Made by a program: the position numbers and the translations under genes. Of a stretch of 64,000 bases of DNA, positions 37,955-50,536 are shown piece after piece (within the stretch, counting starts at the first letter, position 1; each line of letters begins with the position of its first letter). Below the pieces are notes generated by a model. The model was not told the DNA's origin. It saw nothing but the letters and a program-made list of their open reading frames with translations, and ran no database searches. The stretch is from Candidatus Latescibacterota bacterium (GTDB taxonomy: Bacteria > Latescibacterota > UBA2968 > UBA8231): the NCBI GenBank assembly GCA_965261395.1, contig OZ253462.1, forward strand, positions 4,608,001 to 4,672,000, written 5' to 3'.

Positions 37955-39435
37955 GGCACCCCATCTTTGGACTGCGGCAGGCTCAGGCGGCACACCGTGC
38001 CCTCGCCTTGCCGACTGTCTATTTCGATCCGACCGCGGTTTTCCTCGACTGCCCGCGCCACTACCGCCATCCCCAAACCCGATCCCTTCTCTTTGGTGGT
38101 AAAGAAAGGCTCGAAAAGGCGCGCCTGCACCTCCTCCGACATCCCTGGGCCATCGTCGGCTACCTCGACGACGACCTCCTCGCCTGCGGCGGTGGCCCGC
38201 ACCGTCAAGTGCCCGCCATCGCGCATGGCCTGGACGGCGTTTTTCATCAGATTGACTAGCGCCCGCTCCACCTGCTCGGCGTCGATGTAGCACAGCAAAT
38301 CAGGCGCGACGTGTTCCTCGTAGCTAATGCCCGCCGCCTGAATTTCCGGGGCCAGCAAAAAGGCCGCGTCGGCCACCAGCGGGGCTAGTGCCGTCGGCTG
38401 CGGCTGCGGCTGTGGCTGCGCCGGCCGGGCAAATTCGAGAAACTCGGAAATTACGCCGTTGAGCTGGCGCACTTCCTCGATGACCTTCTCGATGTGTCGC
38501 TTGCGCTCGTCGCGGGCGGGCAAGTCGCCGGCGATCAGCTCGGCGTATAGCTCAATGCTGCCCAGCGGATTGCGGATCTCGTGGGCAACGCCGCCCAGCA
38601 TGAGGCGCAGTTGGGCGTCGCGGGCGACCAGTTTGCTCCGCATCTCTTCCATCGCTTCGCCCAAATAGCCGATTTCGTCGTCGGACGCGGTGACCACCTC
38701 TTGGTCCATGTTGCCCCGGCCGATTTCGCGCGCGGCCTCGACCAGCTTTTGGATGGGCCGCGTCAGCGTCCGCGCCAACCCCCACGCCACCCCGACGGTG
38801 AGCAACGCACCCAATCCGGCAAAGATCAGCACCGACCGCCCGAAGACGCGGATGGAGTCCACAAACCCGGCCCCGATTTCGACTCCGACGGCTGCGACCA
38901 CCTCGTCGCGGTAAAAGATCGGGGCGTAGCCCGTCATGTACGGGACATCGCCGTCGTAAAAAAGCACCGAATGCGCGGTATGGCCCTGCCAAACTCTCTC
39001 CAACTCCCGGCGGTGGAAGAGCAGATTGGGGTACTCTTGACCAATGGGCATCAGGCCATCCGTGTCGAGCAGCGAGCGGTACTGGCGATCAAAAACGAAG
39101 ATGTGACGGGCACCGACCCCTTGTTCGGCGCGCTGCAATTTACCCACTAGGTTCCGATAGAGGTTGGAGTGCTCGCGTTTCGGGTGCAGGTAGCGCAGCA
39201 CGTTGCCGGACAAATTCGTGCTCACCAGCGTGGCAACCGATACGAGGTGGTCGCGCATCTGCCGCTCCAAGCTGCGGTCCGTCAGCTCGAAGAGCACCCA
39301 GCCCGAGAGCCCCACGACGACCATAACCAGCAGCACGAAACTCAGAATCAGCTTGTGGCCGATCCGCGTCCGCGGACGCTCGCCGGAAGCAGGCTTGCCC
39401 TTGGTCATTTGGACAGACTCGACAAATTGGCGCAT
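37939..39435 (-). CDS. HAMP sensor histidine kinase
   Basis: Two TMs, HAMP, AHEIRNPL, NAVQA, DDGPG, GSGLG. Confidence 0.92.
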
Positions 39436-39567
39436 CCTATTTGGTAATGTACCGTCTTAAAAAAGGACTAACAAGCGGAGTAATGGTTCTCGCTGACCAT
39501 GCCTAAAATAAAAAATAAGGTTGGGCCGAGACTACCAACTCAACCTCTGCTAAAAAAAGAATACTAC

Positions 39568-40290
39568 ATGAAATATATCATATTGGCCGCATGTTGCTTT
39601 TTGCTAGCCTGCAGCGACTCCGATAGCGACCAAGGCGAGGTGACCGTCCACTTCAACCACACCGTCGCCGGTGCCGGTCTCCAGCACGAGGATATCCTCT
39701 ACACCAACGCCGCCGGCAACGAATACGGCGTCACGCGCCTGGAGTACATCGTCTCGGATATCGCCTTAGAGACGACCGGGGGCAAGCGCGTCGAATTGGC
39801 CGAATTCCACTACCGCGACGCCTTTGCCGATGCGACCCGCAGCATCGTCGCCCAAGTCCCCGGTGGCGAATACGCAACCCTGCACTTCACCTTTGGCATC
39901 GACAAAGCCAAAAACGAGATCGGCGCACTGCCGAGCGTCGATCACTTCAACAATATGGCTTGGCCGGCCCCTATGGGCGGCGGCTACCACTACATGCGCA
40001 TGGAGGGCCTCTTCCGCACCGACGACGGCGAAGGAGCCTTTCTCACGCACACCGGGCCGGCGGGCGGGGAAGACTTTTCGTTTGCCGTCTCTTTGCCGCT
40101 CTCGCTAACGATCAACGGGGACCAATCGACTATCGCCGTAGTCATGGACCTCAACGAGTGGTACGTCGCGCCCACCCTGTATGACTTTAACGGCCGCGGC
40201 GGGATTATGGGCAATGCCGACGCACAATTGACCTTGCAGGGCAACGGCGCTACGGTCTTTTTCCTAGGGCCCATTCAGACAGTAGAATAG
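39568..40290 (+). CDS. MbnP-family putative copper-binding lipoprotein
   Basis: Lipobox LLAC; MAWPAPMGGGYHYMRMEG...HTG; adjacent to di-heme enzyme. Confidence 0.7.
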   Translation: MKYIILAACCFLLACSDSDSDQGEVTVHFNHTVAGAGLQHEDILYTNAAGNEYGVTRLEYIVSDIALETTGGKRVELAEFHYRDAFADATRSIVAQVPGGEYATLHFTFGIDKAKNEIGALPSVDHFNNMAWPAPMGGGYHYMRMEGLFRTDDGEGAFLTHTGPAGGEDFSFAVSLPLSLTINGDQSTIAVVMDLNEWYVAPTLYDFNGRGGIMGNADAQLTLQGNGATVFFLGPIQTVE

Positions 40291-40294
40291 CTCT

Positions 40295-41305
40295 ATGAGA
40301 TTTTCGCCCCTGTTCCTGCTGCTAGGGCTAGTCGCCTGCGGCAATGACGCCGGCGTCCAGCCGGCCGAGCAACCGGCCCCAACGCCCTACGAACTGACCG
40401 TACCGGCGGGATTTCCCGCGCCGACAATTCCGCCCGACAATCTGCTAACCGTCGAGGGCATCGCCCTTGGCAAGCGGCTATTTGCCGATCCCATCCTATC
40501 CGTCGATAGCACCATAGCCTGCGCCTCGTGCCACCTGCCCGCCCACGCCTTCTCCGATCCGCAGCCCTTTAGCCAAGGCGTCGGCGGTGTCACCAGCCGC
40601 AACTCCATGCCGCTTTTTAACGTGCTCTGGAGCTCGTCCTTTTTCTGGGACGGACGCGCGGCCAGCCTCGAAGACCAAGCCCTCGAACCCGTGCAGCAGC
40701 CCGTAGAAATGGGCGAGGATTGGGACCGCGCGGTGGCCAAACTGGAGCGGCACGCCGAATATCCCGCGCTCTTCGCCCGCGCCTTTGGCGACGCGCCCAT
40801 CAACCGGCAACTCGTCGTCCAAGCCATCGCCCAATTTGAGCGCACCCTCATTTCGGCGGACAGCAAATACGATCGCTGGCTGGCTGGCCAAGCGGCGTTT
40901 GCTCCAGAAGAAGAACGGGGCTTTCTCCTCTTTCACACCGAGGCCGGCGACTGCTTTCACTGCCACGGCGCGCCGCTTTTCACCGACAACGGGTTCCATA
41001 ACAACGGACTGGACCTCGACCCTCCAGACGCTGGGTTGGCCGCGCTCACCGGGAAACGCCTCGACCGCGGCAAATTCAAGACGCCCACCCTGCGCAACGT
41101 AGAATACACCGCGCCCTATATGCACGATGGCCGCTTCCAGACCCTCGAAGAGGTCGTCGAGCACTACGACTCCGGCTTTCACCGCACGGTCCTCACCGAC
41201 CCGCTGCTGCTCGTCCGGCCCACCCTCGACCTCGCTCCGGCCGACAAACGCGCCCTAGTGGCCTTTTTGAAAACCCTTTCCGATCCTCAATTACAGGCTC
41301 CGTGA
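40295..41305 (+). CDS. Di-heme cytochrome c peroxidase family (MbnH/MauG-like)
   Basis: CASCH and CFHCH, FWDGRA, TPTLRN, PYMHDG. Confidence 0.9.
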   Translation: MRFSPLFLLLGLVACGNDAGVQPAEQPAPTPYELTVPAGFPAPTIPPDNLLTVEGIALGKRLFADPILSVDSTIACASCHLPAHAFSDPQPFSQGVGGVTSRNSMPLFNVLWSSSFFWDGRAASLEDQALEPVQQPVEMGEDWDRAVAKLERHAEYPALFARAFGDAPINRQLVVQAIAQFERTLISADSKYDRWLAGQAAFAPEEERGFLLFHTEAGDCFHCHGAPLFTDNGFHNNGLDLDPPDAGLAALTGKRLDRGKFKTPTLRNVEYTAPYMHDGRFQTLEEVVEHYDSGFHRTVLTDPLLLVRPTLDLAPADKRALVAFLKTLSDPQLQAP

Positions 41306-41345
41306 CGCGCTTATGTCTTTGTTTCTTCTATTAGTTACTTTTCTC

Positions 41346-41373
41346 TTGATTAAGCCTCAGAATTTCGTATAAT
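41346..41373 (+). promoter_or_regulatory. Putative sigma70 promoter
   Basis: TTGATT-N16-TATAAT upstream of IHF/HU gene. Confidence 0.5.
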
Positions 41374-41431
41374 ACAAGCACTTATGAATAAAATCAGCGC
41401 AGATTCAACTCCTCATCCTAGAGAGGTTTTA

Positions 41432-41770
41432 GTGGCCACGATAACCAAGAAGGACCTAGCGCGGTCGGTAGCTGACACGCTCGGCTGCAAAAACAACCTG
41501 ACCTTGCAGATGGTCGATAGCCTCTTTGAGACCATGCGCGAAACGCTCATCGATGGAAACCGCATTGAGATCAGGGGGTTCGGCGTCCTCGAAGTCAAAG
41601 ACACCAAGCCCAAGCCCGCGGCGCGCAACCCGCGCACCGGCGAGGTCGTGTACGTGCCCGCTCGCCGCAAGACCCACTTCAAGCCGGGCAAACAGCTCAA
41701 AGAAGCCCTACACGACACCCGCTCTGCCAACCAAGCCGTGCCAGACCCTGGCGGCTCTTGGTCCTCCTGA
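41432..41770 (+). CDS. HU/IHF family DNA-binding protein
   Basis: GTG start after AGAGG; IEIRGFG, ARNPRTGE, FKPGK. Confidence 0.9.
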   Translation: MATITKKDLARSVADTLGCKNNLTLQMVDSLFETMRETLIDGNRIEIRGFGVLEVKDTKPKPAARNPRTGEVVYVPARRKTHFKPGKQLKEALHDTRSANQAVPDPGGSWSS

Positions 41771-41798
41771 TATCGTTGGAAATTCGTCCCTCAACATT

Positions 41799-41829
41799 AA
41801 AAGCCGGCTCGTTGCGAGTCGGCTTTTTT
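41799..41829 (+). terminator. Rho-independent terminator
   Basis: AAAAGCCGGCTCG-TTG-CGAGTCGGCTTTTTT. Confidence 0.8.
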
Positions 41830-41856
41830 CGTATATGCGTTGGCCTTGCAGTGTTA

Positions 41857-42870
41857 ATGGCTTCCAGCGTCCGCGCCGAGCAACGCCTGCACATCGGCGC
41901 TGATCCGCGCATCGAATTGCTCACCGCGGTCCAACTCCTCAGCCAGTATCGCTATCTGACGCCCTATCGGCTGGATTACGCGCGCGACCTCATCACCCAC
42001 TTCTCGCGCTATCCCCCCCAGCAGGCCGTCGCCCTCTTTCGCAGCCTGAGCTTGGACACGGGGTGGTCCGATGCCTACCCCACCGCCATGCTCTACCTGT
42101 CCGACCCACCCATACTAGAACCAACCCAACCCATTCCCCCCCATATCTTTCGCGCCTTCCGCGGCGAGGAAAACTTCGCGCGCTTCGTCCACGCCTTGCG
42201 CAATTTTGCTCGCCAGACCCAATTCAACCACTTCTTCACCCGCAGCCAAAAGCTCTATAGCCTCCTCAGAGCACGCCTCCTTGAGGAACTGGCCGGTGCC
42301 GATCCCACCGGCGAAGTCGAGGCCTATTTCGGCACCCGCCAACTTAGTTACCACCTCGTCCTCAGCCCGCTTTTGCACCACGGTGGGTTTGGCCCGCACA
42401 TCGGCCGCCCTGGAGGGCCGTACGATGTCTATACGCTGCTCGGCCCCACAGATGCCACGCACGGCCTGCCCGAATACGGCCCCCGCGATCAACTTTTGCA
42501 GATTATATGGCACGAGTTCAGCCACGCCTTCGTCAACCCCCTCAGCGAAGAGTACTATCCAATGCTGAGGCCCCATGCCGATCTATTCGCCCCGCTGGCC
42601 GAACAGATGGCCGGTATCGGCTATACCCACTGGTTCGACTGTGCCAATGAACACCTCATCCGCGCCGTCACCGCGCGCCTTGCCCATCATCACCTTGGCG
42701 CGGAAGCGGGCCGCCTGGCACTGCGCGAAGAATCCGGCCGCGGCTTCCGCTACATCCACGCCATCGCCCGCCGCCTCGAAGAATACGAATCCCAGCGCGA
42801 CCGCTACCCGACCTTCGCCGCCTTCTTCCCCCGCTTAATCGCCGTCTTTGCCGAGCTTACTCCCGAGGCT

Positions 42871-42882
<12 letters not shown>
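41857..42882 (+). CDS. DUF4932-like protein (HExxH, possible metallopeptidase)
   Basis: DPRIELL, HEFSHAFVNP, EHLIRA; start uncertain. Confidence 0.7.
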
Positions 42883-44202
<1,320 letters not shown>

Positions 44203-44239
44203 GACACAGGCTCCTTCTACCGCCCGCTGCGGAGCGGGT

Positions 44240-45232
44240 TTATTCTTGCTCTTTCATCTGGTCGTAGAACTGGACGATCTTGCCCCGATCCTCAGAGGCG
44301 TTAAAAGCCATGCCGGCTCGTGGATGCTCGTTGAGCAGGCCGGTGATCATGTAGGGATAGTCGTAGCCCCACATCAGCTTGGAGCGCAGCGACTCAACGT
44401 GCTGCTCAATGCACTTGAGCACTGGGCGCAAGCGAAATTTCGGATTGTGCAAAAAGCCCAACAAAAGCTCCATCTGGCAATTGCCCGCGCCGCGACCCAA
44501 GCCGGCAAAACTCGCGTCCACGCAATTGGCCCCCAGTATCGCGGCTTCGATGGTATTGGCAAAGGCCAGTTGCCGATTGTTGTGGGCGTGGATCCCGACC
44601 TCGATCGGGGTCCCCTCGAAGTATCCGAGAAACATGTTGCACAGCGCGCGGATTTGCTCGCTGTAGAGCGAGCCAAAGCTATCGACCACGTACACAGCCC
44701 CCACGTCTGAGTGCACCAGCATCTCCAGTGCGCTCTTGACCTCGGATTCCGGCACGGTAGAAACGGCCATTAGGTTGAGGGTCGTCTCATAGCCCTTGTC
44801 GCGGGCGTCCTTGATCATGTCCAGAGCCAGCGGCATCTGGTGGATATAGGTGGCCACGCGGATCATGTCCAACACGCTTTCAGACGCCGGCAGTATGTCC
44901 GTCTTGTAATCGCTTTTTTCGGCGTCGGCCATAGCCGCCAACTTCAGCGAGGTATTGTTGTCGCCGACGATGCGGCGGATGTCCTCCTCGCGGCAGTGCT
45001 TCCACGGCCCAAACTCGCCGGGCGGGAACTGCTCCCGCGAGTTGATATAGCCGATCTCCATATAGTCGATCCCACTCTCGATGCAGGCCTCGTACACGCC
45101 TTTGACCACCTCGTCGTCGAACCAATGGTCGTTCATTAGGCCGCCATCGCGGATTGTGACATCGACGACCTTGATTTCCTCCCGGTACCCGAGCCAATTA
45201 TCGGCCCAAGTCGCTCGGTTTTCCTCGCTCAT
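44240..45232 (-). CDS. DRE-TIM/HMGL-like aldolase-domain protein
   Basis: DVTIRDGG, HAHNN, GLGRGAGN. Confidence 0.85.
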   Translation of the reverse strand: MSEENRATWADNWLGYREEIKVVDVTIRDGGLMNDHWFDDEVVKGVYEACIESGIDYMEIGYINSREQFPPGEFGPWKHCREEDIRRIVGDNNTSLKLAAMADAEKSDYKTDILPASESVLDMIRVATYIHQMPLALDMIKDARDKGYETTLNLMAVSTVPESEVKSALEMLVHSDVGAVYVVDSFGSLYSEQIRALCNMFLGYFEGTPIEVGIHAHNNRQLAFANTIEAAILGANCVDASFAGLGRGAGNCQMELLLGFLHNPKFRLRPVLKCIEQHVESLRSKLMWGYDYPYMITGLLNEHPRAGMAFNASEDRGKIVQFYDQMKEQE

Positions 45233-45344
45233 TGCCCTCTCCTGTTTATGTCATGTAACTCAAGTATTGACGAAAGGATATATACTGCGGCACAACCGGC
45301 GAAAGGTCAAACCCCCAGCGGTTGGCGTACGGCAGCAACGTATC

Positions 45345-45370
45345 CGCAGATGAACGCAGATGAGCGCAGA
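45345..45370 (+). repeat. 10-bp tandem repeat (CGCAGATGAR)
   Basis: CGCAGATGAA-CGCAGATGAG-CGCAGA. Confidence 0.55.
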
Positions 45371-45389
45371 GGTGGGATGCGACGGGTGC

Positions 45390-46466
45390 TCAGGCCGTCG
45401 CCACCGTCAGGGTGTGCAGCTTGTCCGCGTCGATCTCCACGCCCAAACCCGGCCCTTCAAACGGATACAAGTAGCTGCCCTCGGCCCGCACCCTTTCCAC
45501 CGCCGGCGACGCCGTGTACAGCACCGGCCCCATGGGGTCGCAGGGCAAGTTGGTGTTGGGCATGGCAATGCCAAGGCTGACCTGCGCCGACACCCCCAGC
45601 GTCGATTCTTGGTCCGTGCCGATCAGGCAGCGGAATCCGGCCGCCTCCGCCAAGGCAAAAAGCCGGCGGATATGGGTCGGGCCGCCGCAGACGCAGGCGA
45701 CGTTAAAGGCCGTGCAGGCCCTTTTTTCGATGGCTTCCATGCCCAGCGCTAGGCTGTTGATGTGCCAGCTCACCGGTAGGTCAACGCGCCGCACAAATTC
45801 GGCCGAGACCCGCAGACTGCGCGAGGGCTGCTCAAAGTGATAGGGCGCGTGGTGGCGGAGGACATCGGCGTAGCGGACGACTGTTTCCCAATCGGTGAAG
45901 CGCCCGGAAAAGTCGATGGACTTGAGCTTGAGCCGGTCGTCGAAGCGGCGTTTGGCTTCGCCTAAGAAGCGGTCGTCGAGCGCGCTATCGCCCGACACGT
46001 AATAGCGGAACAGGTGATGGCCCAAGTCGAGCAGCCGCTGGAGATAGCCCAGCGTGCGCTCGAAGTCCTCTTTGACCTGCCAGCCAAAGATCGGATAGCA
46101 GCAATAGAGCCGGTCTCGCATCTTGCCGCCCAAAAGCCGATAGGCCGGCACCCCTTGGGCCTTGCCGTTGAGATCGTAGAGCGCCAGATCAATCGCCGAG
46201 GCGAGGTGGAGGTTGGTTACTGAACTGTGGAAAGCGTGGCCGAGCAACAGCTCGTTGATCTCGGTAATGGCCCCGGCGTCCCGCCCCACCAACAGCTCGT
46301 TGTACTGCCGGGCAATGGCCGCCAAATCCTCGGCGCGGCTGTCGGACGCCTCGCCCCAGCCGACCGGGCCGTCATCGACAAAGACCTTGACCAGTACGTG
46401 CCCGGAGATGTCGCCGTAGTAGCGCGGGGTCTCTATCTGCATGGTTTCTACTTTGGTAATTTTCAC
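45390..46466 (-). CDS. Mandelate racemase/muconate lactonizing (enolase superfamily) enzyme
   Basis: GWGEAS, SAIDLALYDL.GK, FEQP, GPGLGVE. Confidence 0.88.
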   Translation of the reverse strand: MKITKVETMQIETPRYYGDISGHVLVKVFVDDGPVGWGEASDSRAEDLAAIARQYNELLVGRDAGAITEINELLLGHAFHSSVTNLHLASAIDLALYDLNGKAQGVPAYRLLGGKMRDRLYCCYPIFGWQVKEDFERTLGYLQRLLDLGHHLFRYYVSGDSALDDRFLGEAKRRFDDRLKLKSIDFSGRFTDWETVVRYADVLRHHAPYHFEQPSRSLRVSAEFVRRVDLPVSWHINSLALGMEAIEKRACTAFNVACVCGGPTHIRRLFALAEAAGFRCLIGTDQESTLGVSAQVSLGIAMPNTNLPCDPMGPVLYTASPAVERVRAEGSYLYPFEGPGLGVEIDADKLHTLTVATA

Positions 46467-46469
46467 ACC

Positions 46470-46521
46470 TAGCTCCTTTGCTTTGCCAAGCTGCCCAGCG
46501 CCGCGAGCAACTCGTCGATTT
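46470..46521. repeat. Direct repeat copy 1 (displaced 3' end of aminotransferase gene, att-like)
   Basis: 47/52 identical to 53872-53923; encodes IDELLAALGSLAKQRS*. Confidence 0.85.
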
Positions 46522-46625
46522 GGGTTTGAAACAAAAAAGATTCGGCATCATATACAACAAAATACGTCGATTTCGGAACGGACAGGCGGTGATTCGGACA
46601 GGAGCACGTGTGAGCAGAGGCACCA

Positions 46626-48071
46626 TCAGTACACCATCTCCCGGTAGCTCTGCGCGATCTTCTCGATCGCCACGACGTACGCCGCGGTGCGCAGGTCGCG
46701 CACCTTGTCATGACTCAAAAACACCTCGCGTATCTCGTTGTACGCCTGCCGCATCGTATCGTCCAGGCCAGATCGCACCAGGTCCAGCTCGTCGGCTCCG
46801 CGCACCAGATCGTGCCGCTGGGTTTCGGGAAGGGGTTTGCCAACCGCCGTCTCGATGGCCTCGACGATACGCTGTCCGCGCATTTCGTCGATACGCCGGT
46901 CCATGCGACCGAAGCGGATGTGGGACAGGTTCTTGATCCATTCGAAGTAGGAGACTATCACGCCCCCTGCATTCAGGTAAGCGTCTGGAATCACCACCTT
47001 GCCGCGATCGCGCAGGATTTCGTCCGCCTCGAAAGTGATCGGACCGTTGGCGGCCTCGGCGATCAGCGGTGCCTGGATGCGCTCGGCGTTTTCCGCGGTG
47101 ATCACCGATTCGATGGCCGCGGGGATCAGGATGTCGCAGTCTGCTTCCAGCAAAAAGCTGCCGTCCTCCACGAACTCGGAGTCCCGAAAGCCCTGGCTGC
47201 CGCCCTTTTCGCGGCGATAGGTGGCGAGCTCCTCGATGTCTAGCCCGTCCTCACACACCACGGCCCCCTCGCGCTCAAGAAGGGCGACCACCCTGACACC
47301 ATCCTCTTCGGACAGGAACTTTGCAGCGTGGTACCCGACGTTGCCCAAGCCCTGGATGATTACGCGCTTGCCCTCCAAGTCTCCATCCATCCCGACCTTC
47401 TGCACATCGTCGGGATGACGGAAGAATTCCCTGAGGGCGTACTGCACCCCGCGCCCCGTCGCCTCGTTGCGGCCGCGGATTCCGTTCATGTGCACGGGTT
47501 TGCCGGTGACACAGGCGACGGCGTTGATGTCGTTGGGATACAGGGCGCGGTAGGCATCCGCGATCCACCCCATCTCGCGCGCGCCCGTGCCCATGTCGGG
47601 AGCCGGCACGTTGAGGCTGGGGCTGATGTAGCCTTTCTTCGCCAGCTCCATCGTGAAATTACGAGTGATCAGCTCGAGTTCGGCGGCGTCGTAGTCGCGC
47701 GGATCAATCTGTAGGGCACCCTTAGAGCCCCCGTACGGGACGTCGACAATGGCGCACTTGTAGGTCATCAGGGCGGCTAGGGCCTCGACCTCGTCCTGGT
47801 CGACGATCGGCGCATAGCGGATGCCGCCTTTCACCGGCAGGTAGTGCTCGCTGTGGACGGCGCGCCAGCCGGTGAAGACCCGAAACTCCCCCCGTATGTG
47901 AACGGGGAAGCTGACTTGGAACACGGAGTTACATGTCCTGATCTGGTCGACGATGCCCGGCTCGAGCTCCATCGTGGCGGCGGCCGCCTCGAACATCCGG
48001 TCGACGCTGCCCTTGAACGAATTCTTCCGCTCTTTCAAACCGGACTCCGCAGTACCTCTTTTTTTTGTCAT
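46626..48071 (-). CDS. gdhA: Glutamate dehydrogenase (Glu/Leu/Phe/Val family)
   Basis: KGGIRY, PYGGSKG, PAPDMGT, GLGNVG, NAGGVIVSYFEW. Confidence 0.92.
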   Translation of the reverse strand: MTKKRGTAESGLKERKNSFKGSVDRMFEAAAATMELEPGIVDQIRTCNSVFQVSFPVHIRGEFRVFTGWRAVHSEHYLPVKGGIRYAPIVDQDEVEALAALMTYKCAIVDVPYGGSKGALQIDPRDYDAAELELITRNFTMELAKKGYISPSLNVPAPDMGTGAREMGWIADAYRALYPNDINAVACVTGKPVHMNGIRGRNEATGRGVQYALREFFRHPDDVQKVGMDGDLEGKRVIIQGLGNVGYHAAKFLSEEDGVRVVALLEREGAVVCEDGLDIEELATYRREKGGSQGFRDSEFVEDGSFLLEADCDILIPAAIESVITAENAERIQAPLIAEAANGPITFEADEILRDRGKVVIPDAYLNAGGVIVSYFEWIKNLSHIRFGRMDRRIDEMRGQRIVEAIETAVGKPLPETQRHDLVRGADELDLVRSGLDDTMRQAYNEIREVFLSHDKVRDLRTAAYVVAIEKIAQSYREMVY

Positions 48072-48119
48072 ACTCTCCAACCCCTATTCTTCGATGATGG
48101 GTGGCGCGCAAGTGACTAA

Positions 48120-50371
48120 TCACTCAATCAAGACTGGCTCGCTCGCATGGACGAACAGCACATCGTTCGCCCCGTCGTAGCACTGGAGCGTTTGCTCCGC
48201 CTTGCCCGATTTGATGTCGTCCTCGGTCAGGCCGGCGATGACCAAATCGGCCTTAGCGGAGCGGAGAGACACCTCAAATTCGAGGGATTCACGGGTCGTG
48301 CAAGAAACGGACGTCACATTCTGCTTAGAGATCGGCAATCGTCCCTCCATCATCAAATTGGAGAGCTTCTGCGCTTCGCGTTCTGCGTCTCCAGAGTCGA
48401 GGCATGCAAAGAGCCGGATCTCGGCGCGCCTCCACTCCGAATGCCCCACGATGATGTACGCCAAAAGCAGCATCAGCGGAGCGTTGGCGAGGTTATCCTC
48501 AGTCACCCATAGGTGGATCGAGGATCGATAGCCGAAACGGTAGTTCGTCGAGCGCAGGATTAAGACGTTGAACATCGATTCCTCTGCGAGACGTGCGCCC
48601 TGCACGGTCTCTTTGATCTCTTCTGGATGCTCTTTGTCGAATTCGAGCAGGACGCAGTTGTTGGGCAAACCCGAGATGCCAGGCATCTGGAGCGTCGGCG
48701 CCAGCGCCATCTGGAACGAAGGACAAATCAGCGAATCCACGAAAATGCCCGCCCCGCTGACCTCGGTCCGCGCGATCAGTCTGCCCACATGCAGGCGGGC
48801 CTCGATCTCTTCAGTAAACGAGTATTCGCCCTGAACGAACTGAATGAAGTGCCCGAATCCATGCCGGTGGCTGATCCAACGCAGCAGGTCGAAGTGCCCC
48901 AGCCGACGTTCTCCGAAACGAGTCACCGCGACGATCGAGGGTCGCCAGCCCCCTTCCGATTTCACCGCGCGGTTCTTCTGCAGCGAAATCTGCAGACGGC
49001 GCGTCAGTTGGAACATCGTCCCTTGGAAGATCGCCGTCAGGCCGCGCTCTTCCTGCCGCGTACGACGCAGTCCGAAGTAGGTCGCCACCATGATAAAGAT
49101 CGCTACGAGTGTGTACACCACGTTCATTTGGATCATCATCAGGCCGCACATCACCGCGCCCAGCAGCGACAGATACCAGCGGGAATGGAAGGTAGGGCGA
49201 TAGGACGGATTGCCGGCGAAGTATTCGAGGAACGACACCGCGCAAAGGGCACCATAGGTCACCATGAAGAACATGCTGAGGATTTGGGCAATAAAATCAA
49301 TGTCGCCCAAAACGACGAAGGCAATCGCGATGGCACTCGACACGCAGGTTGCATACACCGGCTCCTGCGCCTTGCCCCAGCCTTGCCCCAATAGGCGATT
49401 CAGTTTTGGAACGGGCAGCACGTTGTCGCGCGCGAGGGCTTGCAGTGTTCTAGGAGCGACGAGGATCGAACCGAGGGCCGAGGACAGGGCGGCAGCACCC
49501 AGCCCCACGTAGATTGCCGGACCCCACAGGGCGATCTGCGCCATGACGAACTGATCGGCGGCGAGCGCTTCCGGCGTCGCGCTCAGGGCCAGCTTGATGG
49601 CAACCAGCGCGTACACGACCATGCCCATGAGCGTCGCGCCGATTATGCCGAGCGGGATGCTCTTCTGGGGATTCTTCAGGTCGCCGGAAAGTCCCAAGCC
49701 CGCGATCATACCCTGAAGGCCGGAAAGCACGTCGCGAAGACAATGCCGAAGGAATCTCCTCCTTCGATGCGCGCGGTCAGATTCAGGCCGTCGGGACGAA
49801 TCGACTCGGGAGCCTGCCCTAAGAGGAACGCGACAATCGACGCCCCCAAGATCGCGCTGACAATCCACAGTGCCCTAACGCCGAGACCGGCACCTTTGAT
49901 GAGCATCAGTACGGCCAGCAAGACTGCACAAGGCAAGCTCACCCAACGCGGATCGGCGTCCACTGCGTACGTCGCGGCGACCCATTCGGAAACAGGCTTA
50001 AATGCTTCTGCGAAGGCGACCAAGTAGAAGGCGACCGAAATCGCTTGGGAGAGGTACAGCGCAATCCCAATCGAGCCTCCGATGCTAGTGCCAAAGGAGC
50101 GGCTGATAATGTAGTACGCACCGCCGCCTGCCACGCGGCGATTCGTCGCAATCTCGGACACCGCTAGGACCGTGGGAATGGTTACGAGATGCCCGATAAC
50201 GATGATCATGAGACTGCCCCAAAGGCCGACATGCGCGACAGCGTAGCCGAATCGCAGGAAGAGGATCGCTCCGAGGATCGTGCTGATTGACGCGAGAAAA
50301 ACAGGCGCGGTGCCAAAGCCGTGCCCCACTTGGGAAAAGCTAGCGGTTGGTCCAACTTGTTGTGAGGCCAA
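48120..50371 (-). pseudogene. Cation-chloride cotransporter/amino-acid permease (SLC12-like), frameshifted near 49714
   Basis: TILGAILFLR, GGGAYYIISRS in one ORF; ...FPAF / GMIAGLGLSGDLK split over two frames. Confidence 0.75.
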
Positions 50372-50536
50372 CGGGATTCCTTTCGCGATGGGGAATAGTC
50401 TTACTTGGCATTATCTGAGGCGTGATTATGCCTGTCCTCTCGGCCTATCCCCCGGACATAGACCGGCGGGGCCACCCATTTCCAATATGGGTGGCCCCGC
50501 CTCGCTCATCAACTGCCTCTATATTCAGGCAGCCAG

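Noticed and set aside
37955-38293. N-terminal extension of the response regulator in the ORF track
   Set aside because: Overlaps the kinase gene; the receiver domain begins at Met 37954
38395-38420. GGCTGC hexamer repeat as a phase-variation tract
   Set aside because: In-frame QP linker; copy-number change would not shift the frame
46469-46711. 80-aa ORF as a real gene
   Set aside because: Only its tail is meaningful; it is the displaced aminotransferase 3' end
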